From assembly GCA_965242925.1 (NCBI GenBank), contig CBDEUM010000004.1, positions 79,031 through 143,030 on the forward strand: a DNA stretch of 64,000 nucleotides, given 5' to 3'. Shown here in pieces: positions 53,046 to 63,126 of the stretch. How positions within the stretch are numbered: the first letter of the stretch is position 1; the number at the start of each line of letters is the position of its first letter. Made by a program: the position numbers and the translations under genes. This DNA comes from Roseibacillus sp. GTDB taxonomy: Bacteria; Verrucomicrobiota; Verrucomicrobiia; Verrucomicrobiales; Akkermansiaceae. The notes beneath the pieces were generated by a model that saw only the letters and a program-made list of their open reading frames with translations, did not search any database and had not been told where the DNA came from.

Positions 53046-53113
53046 GAAGGTTATCGTGATTTGTGATTTGTGATTGGTGATCGGGCCAGGGAGTGGGCAG
53101 TCTCCGGCGGGCG

Positions 53114-54103
53114 ATGAACACGGCAGAACTCGGCACCGATATCCTGCGTGAGGTTTCGCGCTCCTTTTATCTCACCCTCAAGCTTTTGCCGAGCGAGTTC
53201 CGGGGGCCGCTCAGTCTGGGTTACCTGCTGGCGCGGTTGAGCGATACCATTGCCGATGCCGGTTCGATTGATCTGGCGCGGCGCCAGGCGCTCCTGGAGC
53301 AGTTTTGTTCCCTGCTGAGTGGGCCGGCAAGACGCAGCGATATACAGAAGTTCGCCTGCGCACTGCCCGGTGAACTGGAGGGATCGGGTCTCGAGCGGGG
53401 GGAATGGGATCTTGTGCTGCGGGCAGCCGACTGTTTCGACTGGCTTGACATGATGGAGCGGAAGGTGGGCAGTCATATCCGCAAGGTGGTGGGGATTATT
53501 ACCGGAGGACAGAGCTGGGATCTCCAGCGTTTTGCCGGCGATTCCGTGGTGCGCCTGGCAGAGGACGATGAACTGGAATCCTACGCCTACCAGGTGGCGG
53601 GCTGTGTGGGAGAATTCTGGACTGAAATAGGCTTCACCTGCAGCGACCGTTTTGCCCGTGAAGACCGGGCCACCCTGCTGCGCTGGGGTGCCAATTATGG
53701 AAAGGGACTGCAACTGGTAAACATTCTGCGGGATGTGCCGGAGGATCTTGCAAGGGGACGATGTTATCTGCCTGGAAGGGGCTCGGTGGAAGCAGAAGAG
53801 CTGGGTGCGGAATTGCCCCGTTGGCAGATTCGTGCCAGGGAGTTGCTGGCCGATGGTTTGCGTTACACCGCCGCGCTGCATGGCAGCAGGCTCCGGATGT
53901 CAACCGGATTGCCCGCTCTTCTGGGAGGGCGCACCCTGGACCGGTTGGAAAACGCCTCGTGGGCGGATCTTGAAATGCGAGTCAAGATTTCCCGGGGAGA
54001 GGTGAAGCGGAGTCTGTGGGGGGCGTATGCGAGAAGCGCTCCCTGGTTGCCGGGATCCTGGAAGGGTGAGTACCGGCGTGCTTGCCAAAGGCTCGCCAGC
54101 TAA
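53114..54103 (+). CDS. Squalene/phytoene synthase family protein
   Basis: VSRSF, DTIAD, YQVAGCVGEF and LQLVNILRDVPED motifs. Confidence 0.85.
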   Translation: MNTAELGTDILREVSRSFYLTLKLLPSEFRGPLSLGYLLARLSDTIADAGSIDLARRQALLEQFCSLLSGPARRSDIQKFACALPGELEGSGLERGEWDLVLRAADCFDWLDMMERKVGSHIRKVVGIITGGQSWDLQRFAGDSVVRLAEDDELESYAYQVAGCVGEFWTEIGFTCSDRFAREDRATLLRWGANYGKGLQLVNILRDVPEDLARGRCYLPGRGSVEAEELGAELPRWQIRARELLADGLRYTAALHGSRLRMSTGLPALLGGRTLDRLENASWADLEMRVKISRGEVKRSLWGAYARSAPWLPGSWKGEYRRACQRLAS

Positions 54104-54118
54104 CAAGATCACATCGCG

Positions 54119-55513
54119 ATGGGCCAGGGCACCGATATCCGCTGCGTGGGAGCGATACTCCATTATCTCCCGGTGGAGACCCGCATGCCCCTTAAATTCG
54201 GGATCGAGACCCTGACCTCGGTCACCTGCGCGCGCGTGCGGATGACGGTGGAGGGGAGGGACGGGCGCACTGCAGCCGGGTGGGGGGAAACTCCGCTCAG
54301 CGTGACCTGGGTCTGGCCTGGATCACTCGCCTATGAGGAGCGGCATCTTGCAATGAAAGCGTTCTGCGAAGTGCTCGCAGGAGCCTGGAGCGGGTTTGAT
54401 GGGGAAGGGCACCCGCTCGAGATTGGACACGATTTCGTGGAGGGGAAACTTCCGGGCCTCCTTGAAGTCTTTAATCTTACCCGGGCGGGGGAGCCCATGC
54501 CCTGGTTGGCGGCTCTGGTGTGCTGTTCGCTCTTCGACATTGCAGTTCACGACGCTTACGGAAATTTGCACGACCGGAGCATATATAAACTCTATGGCTC
54601 CGAATACCTGAACCGTGACCTCTCAGCCTACCTCGAACCCGCGGAAGATGTTCCGGTCACCTTCCGGGGGCGCTATCCCGATGAGTTCCTGGGTTCACCA
54701 CCCCCGACCCTTCCGGCCTGGCACCTCGTGGGTGGGCTCGACCCGGTGGGGCCTGACGAATTAACCGGGGAGGAGCCGGAGGACGGATATCCGGTCGAGT
54801 TATCGGAATGGATTGCCAGGGATGGGCTGAAATGCCTCAAGATCAAGCTGCGAGGCAACGAAGCGGAGTGGGATTACGCAAGAACGGTGAAGGTCGGACA
54901 GATCGCTCTCGAAACGGGGGTGCGATGTCTCAGTGCCGATTTCAACTGCACGGTGACGGATCCGAACTACGTGAACGAAATTCTCGACCGGCTTGCAGTG
55001 GACCATCCCTCACTCCATGAGATGCTGCTCTACGTCGAACAGCCCTTTCCGTACGAGCTTGAAGAGAACCGGATTGACGTCCATAGCGTTTCGTCACGCA
55101 AGCCGCTTTTCCTCGATGAGAGTGCCCACGACTGGAGACTGGTGCGTCTTGGCCGCGAACTGGGCTGGAATGGAGTGGCCCTGAAGACCTGCAAGACCCA
55201 GACCGGGGCCCTCCTGAGTTGTTGCTGGGCCAGGGCCCACGGCATGAGTCTCATGGTGCAGGATCTCACCAACCCGATGCTGGCGCAGATCCCCCACGTC
55301 CTCCTTGCGGCCCACGTCGGAACCATCATGGGGGTGGAGACCAATGCCATGCAGTTCTATCCCGAGGCTTCCACGATCGAAGCAAAGGTGCATCCCGGTC
55401 TCTATCGACGCCGGAACGGTGAGCTGGATCTTGGCAGCATCAGCGGCGCCGGATTCGGCTACCGGGTGGATGAGATCGGACGGGAGCTCCCGGATCCCGT
55501 CGTCTCGGGTTAG
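54119..55513 (+). CDS. Enolase superfamily (mandelate racemase/MLE-like) protein
   Basis: GWGE, KIK, D.N, EQP, LDES and ALKTCK motifs. Confidence 0.75.
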   Translation: MGQGTDIRCVGAILHYLPVETRMPLKFGIETLTSVTCARVRMTVEGRDGRTAAGWGETPLSVTWVWPGSLAYEERHLAMKAFCEVLAGAWSGFDGEGHPLEIGHDFVEGKLPGLLEVFNLTRAGEPMPWLAALVCCSLFDIAVHDAYGNLHDRSIYKLYGSEYLNRDLSAYLEPAEDVPVTFRGRYPDEFLGSPPPTLPAWHLVGGLDPVGPDELTGEEPEDGYPVELSEWIARDGLKCLKIKLRGNEAEWDYARTVKVGQIALETGVRCLSADFNCTVTDPNYVNEILDRLAVDHPSLHEMLLYVEQPFPYELEENRIDVHSVSSRKPLFLDESAHDWRLVRLGRELGWNGVALKTCKTQTGALLSCCWARAHGMSLMVQDLTNPMLAQIPHVLLAAHVGTIMGVETNAMQFYPEASTIEAKVHPGLYRRRNGELDLGSISGAGFGYRVDEIGRELPDPVVSG

Positions 55514-57186
55514 TCGGACTCCGGCCCGCGGTTGCCGACCCCGGAATTCTCCTGCGTTGTTCCGGGGGTTCCCTCTACAAGGCCAACATTTCCAGCCAGG
55601 ACATTGTTGCTGGGATCCCGGTCCTCGTTGCCATTGAGATTGATGGTGCTGCGAATGGCAATCTGTTCGCCCGTGGCCGGTTCATTGATGGGCAGGGAGA
55701 CCACGTGGGAGGCGCCGCCCTGCAGGCGGGGGAGGGTTGTGGTGAAGATGTCGTCATGAATGATGACATCCATCGTGGTTCCAGCCAGGGCCTCCGTCCC
55801 CTGGTTCTGGACCGTAACCTGCAAGGTTCCCACCACCTCTTCCCCGGTGGGGGGCTCATACCAGTTGGAGGCCACTGCGAGGTCGAAGCGACCGGGGGTC
55901 TGGGTGTTGACCATGCGGTCGACGTCCAGGTTGCCACCCCCGTAAAAGGGGTCGTCCCCCGGGGCTCCCGCGGCATTCATGTTGTTTTCGAGGATCGTGA
56001 GGGCCTGCTGGGGAAGAAGGAGGCCGGATTGGGTTTCGGTCATGGTGGCGCCGAGAGCTCCGGTCACCAGCGGTGCGGCGGCCGAGGTGCCGGAAAAACT
56101 GGTGTATTCCTCCCCCGGCCAGGCGGCCATGATATCAAAGCCGGGGGCGCCCACATCGATGGCGTCCCCCGTGTTGGAGAAGGCGAGATGCTGTCCGGCC
56201 GCATCGACAGCACCCACCGCGATCACGCCTTCATAGGCCGCCGGGTAGCTGGGGGTCGAGAAACCCTCATTCCCAGCGGCGGCCACGATGAGGACCTGCT
56301 TCTCCCCTGCGTAGGCCACTGCGTCCTGGACCAGCGGGCTGTCTCCATAGGACCCCATCGAGATATTGATGATCTGGGCCCCTTCATCGACCGCCCGGAC
56401 AATTCCTTCTGCCAGGAGGAAGGTGTTCGAGCCTCCGTTTTCATCCGCGATTCGAATGGAGAGGAGGCTCGCCCCCGGGATGATTCCCTGGCTCACTCCA
56501 TCGTCTCCTATCATGAGGGCGGCCACAGCAGTTCCGTGTCCATGGAGGGCGATGGAGGGGCCATCGCCGGTAATCAGATCGATCTGCCGCACGCGTTTCC
56601 CCAGGGTGCCATGCTCACCAACACCCGTGTCCAGCATGGCGAGGCGGACGCCTTCGCCCCATTCCGAGTTGTCGCCGGTGATGCCCAACCACTCAAGGGT
56701 GTTGCGGCCGAAGCCGACCGCGTTTGGCTGGGCATCCACCTGGGGGAGTTCGGGAATGGAGACCCGGAAATTGGCAAAGCCGTCGTCCTCGTCGAGCAAG
56801 CCGTCGAGATCATCGAGGTTGTCAAAACCGATGCGGACGGCCCTGAGCTTGTCCAGCCGATCAAGGAGGCGTGCCTTGTTCCCGGAGAGCCTGGCAAGGA
56901 AGTCCCGGTAGTCCTTCTCGTTGTCGAAGCGGACGATCCGCTCGCCCGGGAGGCCGAAGAGGATCTCGTCGAGGCGGGGTGCCCGCCGGCTGCCGTGGCG
57001 CTTGGGGGCCTTGCTCGCCAGATTGGGGGCATCGAACTGGACAAAGGAACCCGGTTGCCTGTGAGGGCCCCTGCCGGCCTTGTCCCGCTGCACGCTGGTC
57101 AGGATGTCGCGGATGAGCCAGAACCCGAGGAGGGCAGCAAGAAGGGCGGCAGCCCCCATGATGTATTTTGACTGCGGGATCCTCAC
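55510..57186 (-). CDS. Membrane-anchored S8 subtilase with C-terminal CARDB-like domain
   Basis: Catalytic motifs LDTG, HGT, AAGN and GTSAAAP; DLAV...VTVQNQG...D.DPSNN; start placed at GTG 57186. Confidence 0.85.
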   Translation of the reverse strand: MRIPQSKYIMGAAALLAALLGFWLIRDILTSVQRDKAGRGPHRQPGSFVQFDAPNLASKAPKRHGSRRAPRLDEILFGLPGERIVRFDNEKDYRDFLARLSGNKARLLDRLDKLRAVRIGFDNLDDLDGLLDEDDGFANFRVSIPELPQVDAQPNAVGFGRNTLEWLGITGDNSEWGEGVRLAMLDTGVGEHGTLGKRVRQIDLITGDGPSIALHGHGTAVAALMIGDDGVSQGIIPGASLLSIRIADENGGSNTFLLAEGIVRAVDEGAQIINISMGSYGDSPLVQDAVAYAGEKQVLIVAAAGNEGFSTPSYPAAYEGVIAVGAVDAAGQHLAFSNTGDAIDVGAPGFDIMAAWPGEEYTSFSGTSAAAPLVTGALGATMTETQSGLLLPQQALTILENNMNAAGAPGDDPFYGGGNLDVDRMVNTQTPGRFDLAVASNWYEPPTGEEVVGTLQVTVQNQGTEALAGTTMDVIIHDDIFTTTLPRLQGGASHVVSLPINEPATGEQIAIRSTINLNGNEDRDPSNNVLAGNVGLVEGTPGTTQENSGVGNRGPESD

Positions 57187-57362
57187 AATGCCGATAAAAC
57201 CTGTTTCAGGGCGAAAAGTCGTGACCGGGACTCTCCCGACTATAACCCGGCTGCCCCGAAAACGAAACCCAATCCTGAACCATGGGGTCCCAGGCTGCCT
57301 GAGATTGACATCGAAGGCGAATCGATACTTGAGCTTTGGAGCGAGTGCGGCAGAAAGCGCCA

Positions 57363-58835
57363 GTGCGCGACCTGTTGCGAGATCCTGCCTGGCGGGAGGA
57401 GGACATGGGGTTTCCCCTGCCCGATTCTCCACACGCCTGTGTGGTGAGTCTTCCCACCTGGGAGGCGGTCATTGGTTATGAGGAGAGTGATCCCGCGGTG
57501 GTGGGGAAGATGCGCTCGGGTTATCCCCGCTTCTTCCTCCATCCCATCACCGCAAGCTACCTTGAGGGACTGGAGGGCGAGCATGCCGGGAAAGGGGAAC
57601 GGCTCATGGCCTATTCCTCGCTGGCAGCGGCTCAGCGGGCGGCCAAGTTTGTCAGGCAGCGGACCGGTCTGTCCGGGAGAGTGATTGATTCCGAAGTGCC
57701 TCTCCTTGCCGTGCCCGAGGGGGGCTACCAGGCGGCCCGGGATTACTGGAGACACACGGGGGAGTTGATCAGTAGTCGCCAGGCGGAAGATCTCCAGCGT
57801 GGGGTGGTTGCGGATTGCTCCCAAGTGGCTGGGTTTCGATGCTCTCTCGCGCAGGTGATGGGGGTCAGGGAACAGGATGCCTTCTTTTTCGAGAGTGGAA
57901 TGGCAGCCATCTTCGCGCTCTATCGTGCAGTGACTGCCCGTCGTCCCGGCTTGAAGACCCTCCAGCTCTGTTTTCCCTATGTGGATGCCCTCAAGGTGCA
58001 GGAGCACTTCGGGGCGGGGGTCGACTTTGTCAATTCACCCCGGGGCGATGCGCTTGACGAATCCCTCTCCGCCATCCGCCAGGGGGTCTACGCGGCGGTC
58101 TTTTGCGAAGTCCCCAGCAACCCGCTTCTGCACACGGTGAACCTGCCCGCGGTGGCGGAGGCCTGTCGGGAATCCCGTACCCCGCTGCTGGTCGATGACA
58201 CGGTGTGCAGCCACCTCAATATCGATGCTCTCTCCCATGCCGATGCGGTTTCCACCAGTCTCACCAAGTGGGTTTCCGGAGTGGGCGATGTCCTGGCCGG
58301 TGCGGTGCGACTCAATCACTCGTCACCCCTTGCAGAGGAGTTGCGCAGGGTGTTTGATGACGAAGTGCCCGATGGTTCCCGTCTGTATCCGCGGGACGCG
58401 GAAGTCCTGGCCGCTAATGCGGCAGATTTCGAACTGCGGGTAAACGAGTGTAACAACAATGGCCGGGCAGTAGCGGAGTTCCTTCATGATCATCCTGCAG
58501 TTGCGCAGGTCTGGTATCCCAGCCTGATTGATCGCGTGGAGTATGAGGCTCTCCAGCGTCCGGGAGCAGGCTTTGGCGGATTGATGAGTTTCACCCTGAA
58601 ACTTCCCGAACGGACCCCGGAACTCTATAAGGCCATGCGGTTCAGCAAGGGGCCGAGCCTGGGCACGGATTACTCACTGCTGTGTCCCTACGCCTTGCTC
58701 GCGCACTACACCGAGATCCCCTGGGCCAATGAATGCGGGGTGGCCACTGAACTGCTTCGTCTCTCGGTGGGCCGGGAACCGGTTGAGGACCTGCTGACGC
58801 GCCTCGACGGGGCCCTGGCGGTGGCCGAAAAGTAG
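57363..58835 (+). CDS. PLP-dependent trans-sulfuration enzyme (Str2-like cystathionine gamma-synthase)
   Basis: HACVVSLPTW..V.GYEE, GYPRFF, SGMAAI, E.PSNP, SLTK and GPSLG motifs. Confidence 0.8.
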   Translation: MRDLLRDPAWREEDMGFPLPDSPHACVVSLPTWEAVIGYEESDPAVVGKMRSGYPRFFLHPITASYLEGLEGEHAGKGERLMAYSSLAAAQRAAKFVRQRTGLSGRVIDSEVPLLAVPEGGYQAARDYWRHTGELISSRQAEDLQRGVVADCSQVAGFRCSLAQVMGVREQDAFFFESGMAAIFALYRAVTARRPGLKTLQLCFPYVDALKVQEHFGAGVDFVNSPRGDALDESLSAIRQGVYAAVFCEVPSNPLLHTVNLPAVAEACRESRTPLLVDDTVCSHLNIDALSHADAVSTSLTKWVSGVGDVLAGAVRLNHSSPLAEELRRVFDDEVPDGSRLYPRDAEVLAANAADFELRVNECNNNGRAVAEFLHDHPAVAQVWYPSLIDRVEYEALQRPGAGFGGLMSFTLKLPERTPELYKAMRFSKGPSLGTDYSLLCPYALLAHYTEIPWANECGVATELLRLSVGREPVEDLLTRLDGALAVAEK

Positions 58836-58903
58836 CGGAAAGCTGCCCCGACCGGTGAAGAGTATCCGGGTCCGGCAGGAAGGGTGCCCGGACATATCCC
58901 GGG

Positions 58904-59335
58904 TCAATCGCAGTGATCTTCCGGATGATAAACCTCGGGCTCGGTGCTGTAGGGGCCAAGGCGTTCGACCGCAGTATTGCGAACCCGCACCACCAGTTCG
59001 GCCATCAGGACGGGCAGAAGCATGGCCGCCACCCGTCGTTTCATCGCGGCCGACGGTTCACCGGAATGATTTGGAGCGGGGACATCCTTGGGGCGCAGGA
59101 CGGACAGGATTCCCAGGAGTGCACGCGGTGATCCGCGATGCATCACCTTGAGAATTTCCTCGCGCATCCAGCGGGTGCAGAAGATCCAGTAGTTCGGTTT
59201 CTCATGACGATCTTCGAAGCTGTCCACGATGTCCTCCCAGAGGTGCCGGTTATCGTGGTGGAGAACGGGATCGGTTCGGCAAGCGGTGAATTCGACCGAG
59301 TCGAGCAGGAATTTGAAATGAGCCGGAATGTTCAT
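58904..59335 (-). CDS. Hypothetical protein
   Basis: 143-aa ATG-started ORF filling the gap; no recognised motif. Confidence 0.5.
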   Translation of the reverse strand: MNIPAHFKFLLDSVEFTACRTDPVLHHDNRHLWEDIVDSFEDRHEKPNYWIFCTRWMREEILKVMHRGSPRALLGILSVLRPKDVPAPNHSGEPSAAMKRRVAAMLLPVLMAELVVRVRNTAVERLGPYSTEPEVYHPEDHCD

Positions 59336-59834
59336 GGCGCTTCAGTCTGTTGTTCTCTTAACCGTAAAACGATTGAGGCGATTTTTTTATTCAGTTGGGC
59401 CTCCTCGCTGTAGTTGAAAAACAGGGAAGACAGGGGTCGTCTGGGTAATACGCTACACCATTGTCTTTGGCGTGCTACCCGCCCATGCGTCTTTTTCCGG
59501 GAAAATTGCAAAAAGGGATTCATCTCCAGTGGCGTCCGCAGTTTCTTTCCTGCCTGGATCAACATTACGTGAGTTGTCCTGCTTCCCTAACAACCGGTAT
59601 ATACCCCTCCAGAGGTATCGTCCCTGCCTGTGAGGAAGTTTAACGGGATTGGAAACTCCAGCCTAAATCAGGATGGTCGCGGGAGGAAGGGTGTCGCCGC
59701 TTCAGACAACCGGGGGCAGGCTCATTCCGGGGGCTTTTCCTGCGCTTTCCGTCGGACCTCCCTCGCCCGGCATTCTGAGATCGGGCCGGTCTTTCTCGAT
59801 CGCGGGGGAAGGGATGGATAGGCTGCTCTCACCA

Positions 59835-61550
59835 ATGATGAGAATACTCCTTCTAGCGCTTATAACCTGCTGCCCCATGTCCTTATCGGCGGCCCGGCCC
59901 AACGTGCTGTTCATTGCGATCGATGACTTGAATGACTGGGTTGGCTGCATGGGTGGTCATCCCCAGTCCCGGACACCAAACCTGGATCGATTGGCCGCTT
60001 CGGGAGTGCTCTTTACGAATGCGCACTGTCCCGCGCCGGCGTGCAATCCGTCGCGTTCTGCGATTTTCACGGGCATTTCCCCCCATCGGTCGGGTCTTTA
60101 CCGCAATGGGCAGAAGATGCGCCAGGTCCTCCCTGCAGCCGAGTTGTTGCCCAGAACCTTTTCCCTGGCAGGCTATTGGTCGGCGGGATCCGGCAAGATG
60201 CTGCATTACTTCATCGATGCGCAGTCGTGGGATGAATACTTCCCGGAAAAAAAGACGGAGAATCCCTTTCCGCGCACCTTGTATCCCGAACAACGGCCGG
60301 TGAGCCTCCCGCGGGGAGGGCCCTGGCAGTATATTGAGACCGACTGGGGACCCCTGGATGCCAGTGATGAGGAGTATGGCGGGGACTATCTTGTCTCGGA
60401 ATGGATCGGCAAACAGTTGCGCAGGAAACATGACAAACCCTTCTTCCTGGCCTGTGGAATCTACCGTCCGCACGAACCCTGGTTTGTTCCGAAGAAATAC
60501 TTCGACGCGTTCCCCCTTGAGGAAATCCGTTTGCCGCCAGGATACCGGGAAGACGACCTTGATGATCTGCCTGCTGAAGGCAAACGGATGGGACCTAACC
60601 GTTACTTCGCCCATATCCGCGGTCAAAAACAGTGGAGAAGGGCGGTGCAGGGTTACCTGGCCTCCATCTATTTTGCCGACACCATGCTGGGACGCGTCCT
60701 GGAGGCACTCGAGCAAGGGCCGAATGCCAAGGACACCATCGTGGTGCTGTGGTCTGATCATGGTTGGCACCTGGGCGAAAAACAGCATTGGCAGAAATTC
60801 ACCGCGTGGCGGGCCTGCTCCCGGGTGCCATTGATCATGCGGGTGCCCCCGGGAACGCCCGGCTTATCCAAAGGCACATCCCCCGGGTCCTGCTCCCAGC
60901 CGGTGAGTTTGCTGAGTCTGGCGCCGACTCTGCTCGAATTGGCCGGGCTTCCACCGGTGGATGATCACGACGGACCCAGTCTGATCCCCCTGCTGCTTGA
61001 TCCGAAGGCAGATTGGCCCCACACGGCGGTAACGCACCTCGATGCACCCGGCAGTTATGGGTTGAGTGCCGCAAAGTGGCGCTACATTCATTATGCCGGG
61101 GGCGGAGAGGAGCTCTATGAGATTGAGACGGACCCCTACGAATGGAGGAACCTGGCGAATGAGGCAGCGCACTTGCCCACCTTGAAACGGCTGCGTGCAC
61201 TCGCTCCGAAAAAGTTCGCAGAGTTGGTTCAACCGAAGGTGGAATCCCTGCCGGCACTGAAATGGGCGCCGTTGCCTGACGGGGGAAAGGCACCTCCATC
61301 AAAACCTGATGGAAATCCCTTTGATGTGGTCTTCATCAACAACAGCACCCGTCAAGTCGATCTCCTGTGGATGGATCGAACCGGTGGCACCAGGGACTAC
61401 GGAGCGATTGCTCCTGGTGGACGAATTCGCCAACAAACGCGTCCCGGTGCGATGTGGATGATTGCCACGACCGAAGGGAAGAAGAGGAGGAATCTCGGCT
61501 TCTTTGAAGTCGGGGATCGTGCGGCCCGGGCAGTGGTGCCGGGGAAGTAG
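59835..61550 (+). CDS. Sulfatase (iduronate/choline sulfatase-like) with C-terminal VHL-beta-like domain
   Basis: PNVLFIAIDDL, CNPSR, GK..H, RPH.P and SDHG.HLGEK motifs; tail FINNS...V.L.W.D..G...YG...PG....QQT..G..W. Confidence 0.88.
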   Translation: MMRILLLALITCCPMSLSAARPNVLFIAIDDLNDWVGCMGGHPQSRTPNLDRLAASGVLFTNAHCPAPACNPSRSAIFTGISPHRSGLYRNGQKMRQVLPAAELLPRTFSLAGYWSAGSGKMLHYFIDAQSWDEYFPEKKTENPFPRTLYPEQRPVSLPRGGPWQYIETDWGPLDASDEEYGGDYLVSEWIGKQLRRKHDKPFFLACGIYRPHEPWFVPKKYFDAFPLEEIRLPPGYREDDLDDLPAEGKRMGPNRYFAHIRGQKQWRRAVQGYLASIYFADTMLGRVLEALEQGPNAKDTIVVLWSDHGWHLGEKQHWQKFTAWRACSRVPLIMRVPPGTPGLSKGTSPGSCSQPVSLLSLAPTLLELAGLPPVDDHDGPSLIPLLLDPKADWPHTAVTHLDAPGSYGLSAAKWRYIHYAGGGEELYEIETDPYEWRNLANEAAHLPTLKRLRALAPKKFAELVQPKVESLPALKWAPLPDGGKAPPSKPDGNPFDVVFINNSTRQVDLLWMDRTGGTRDYGAIAPGGRIRQQTRPGAMWMIATTEGKKRRNLGFFEVGDRAARAVVPGK

Positions 61551-61639
61551 CAAGGATCTCCGGGCGTGGGCTTCCGGAAAGAAATACGCGGGCTTTTACA
61601 GCCTGGGCCACTGTGTATTATCCGGACACGATTTCACCG

Positions 61640-61712
<73 letters not shown>

Positions 61713-61945
61713 CCTTTTAGCTGCAACGAGTTACGCGGATTTAGGGTGACGCCGATTTCACCCAACGTGCCCCTAACGTGCCCTTACGTTTTTCGGTAGC
61801 TCCATCCAAGGGGCCATGGGCGAGAATAACGCTAACTGCCCTATTAAATCCCTGTTTTTTGAGGGCACAGAAAACCCCCGGAGCGCGGCAGCGGAAATGA
61901 ACCGCCACGCCGCCGGGGGCGTATCTGTATGTCCCGCAAAAATGT

Positions 61946-62476
61946 TTAGGCCGTGATCCAGAGGTCGCTGAGCCACTTGAGCACCCCGCGCCGGGGGGCC
62001 TGGAGGGTCATGTCCTCTGACAGATCCTCCAAATTCTTCTTCCGCTGGAGGATGTTGATTACCTTCGGCGACCTGGTGATGGGGATACCCAACTCGTTGG
62101 CCTCGGCCCGCTCTTTTTCCTCAGTCGCCTCAGCCAGTTCCCCGGCAGCCACTGCGGCCTTCGCGACAATGGGCTGAAGCAGGGGGCAGGTCACCTCCTG
62201 CCGGATCTTCTTGCCGAGGGCGTTGAGCATGTTCACGGAGCCGTCCCTGTAGGCTTCCGCGCGGGGGGCGTCGGCCACGTGAGCGCCGTAAGCGTCGGCG
62301 GCCTCGATGGCGGCATGGACGTCGTCAGCGCAATGGCACGCCCTGCTCAGTTCCCCCTTCTTCTCCACCCATTCCGCCCGGTCATACTTCCGGGCAGCGT
62401 CTGTGATGGCGGTGAGTTGGTCCTCTAGGACCCCGATTTTCTTCAGCTCGCCGGCTGTGAGTTTGAGTAATTTCAT
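61946..62476 (-). CDS. Hypothetical helical protein of the element
   Basis: 176-aa ORF whose ATG overlaps the upstream stop (ATGA). Confidence 0.65.
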   Translation of the reverse strand: MKLLKLTAGELKKIGVLEDQLTAITDAARKYDRAEWVEKKGELSRACHCADDVHAAIEAADAYGAHVADAPRAEAYRDGSVNMLNALGKKIRQEVTCPLLQPIVAKAAVAAGELAEATEEKERAEANELGIPITRSPKVINILQRKKNLEDLSEDMTLQAPRRGVLKWLSDLWITA

Positions 62477-62835
62477 TTGAATACTTGTGGAAATTTTTTT
62501 CTGAATTCGATGCGCCTTTCGGCTGCACCGCTTTCGGACATGTCGATCTGCCGATACAGTGAAATGACTGCGGCCTTCCCTGCCTCGATATCCCCAGGCG
62601 TAGCTTCCCGCTCATACAGATCCGGGGAACCTCGCTTGAGCTTTCTCCGCTCCGAATCACTGGCTAGTGCGGCCATTCCGATGGCGGTCGCGATGGGCAC
62701 CTTTAGGGCAGCGTATTCTTTGTGGTAGATGCGCGAATGAAGCTCCAAGCACGTTTCGAGGAGTTGGCTGCGCGACTTCCCCCGCAGCTCGCTTATGAAC
62801 TCTTTGCGCGATGAATTAGCTGTGATGGTTCTCAT
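62473..62835 (-). CDS. Hypothetical protein of the element
   Basis: MRTITANSSRKEFISEL...; ATG 62835 overlaps the 3' end of the upstream gene. Confidence 0.6.
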   Translation of the reverse strand: MRTITANSSRKEFISELRGKSRSQLLETCLELHSRIYHKEYAALKVPIATAIGMAALASDSERRKLKRGSPDLYEREATPGDIEAGKAAVISLYRQIDMSESGAAERRIEFRKKFPQVFK

Positions 62836-63040
62836 GGCAGATAAAATTGATTCTTCGTTGCAGGTCCGACCGGGTGGCAGCGTCGAGCAGCAAGGCGAGA
62901 AGTGGCCCAAGCTGTGACCCGTGCTCCCGGAGCCAGTCGAGCAGCGCGTCGGGGCTTTCAATCGGCGCACCTTGCGACCGCAACACCCGGAGGCGTTGGC
63001 CCGAAACACCGTAGACGCTGGCTAATTCTTCAGAGGTCAT
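62816..63040 (-). CDS. Small HTH protein (Nu1/excisionase-like winged HTH)
   Basis: TSEELASVYGVSGQRLRVLRSQGAP...LLDW pattern. Confidence 0.55.
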   Translation of the reverse strand: MTSEELASVYGVSGQRLRVLRSQGAPIESPDALLDWLREHGSQLGPLLALLLDAATRSDLQRRINFICHENHHS

Positions 63041-63126
63041 TCGCAACGAAAGAAGTATAGGTCGCGTGCTCCTGGGGCCAACCCCAATATTGTTTAAACT
63101 GATGTTTTCTAGTCTAACATTGATTC

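Noticed and set aside
447..60788. Many long antisense or alternative-frame ORFs (e.g. 14978-16147, 31283-32566, 41293-42534, 55705-57171)
   Set aside because: They are shadows of well-supported genes in high-GC DNA and have no motifs.
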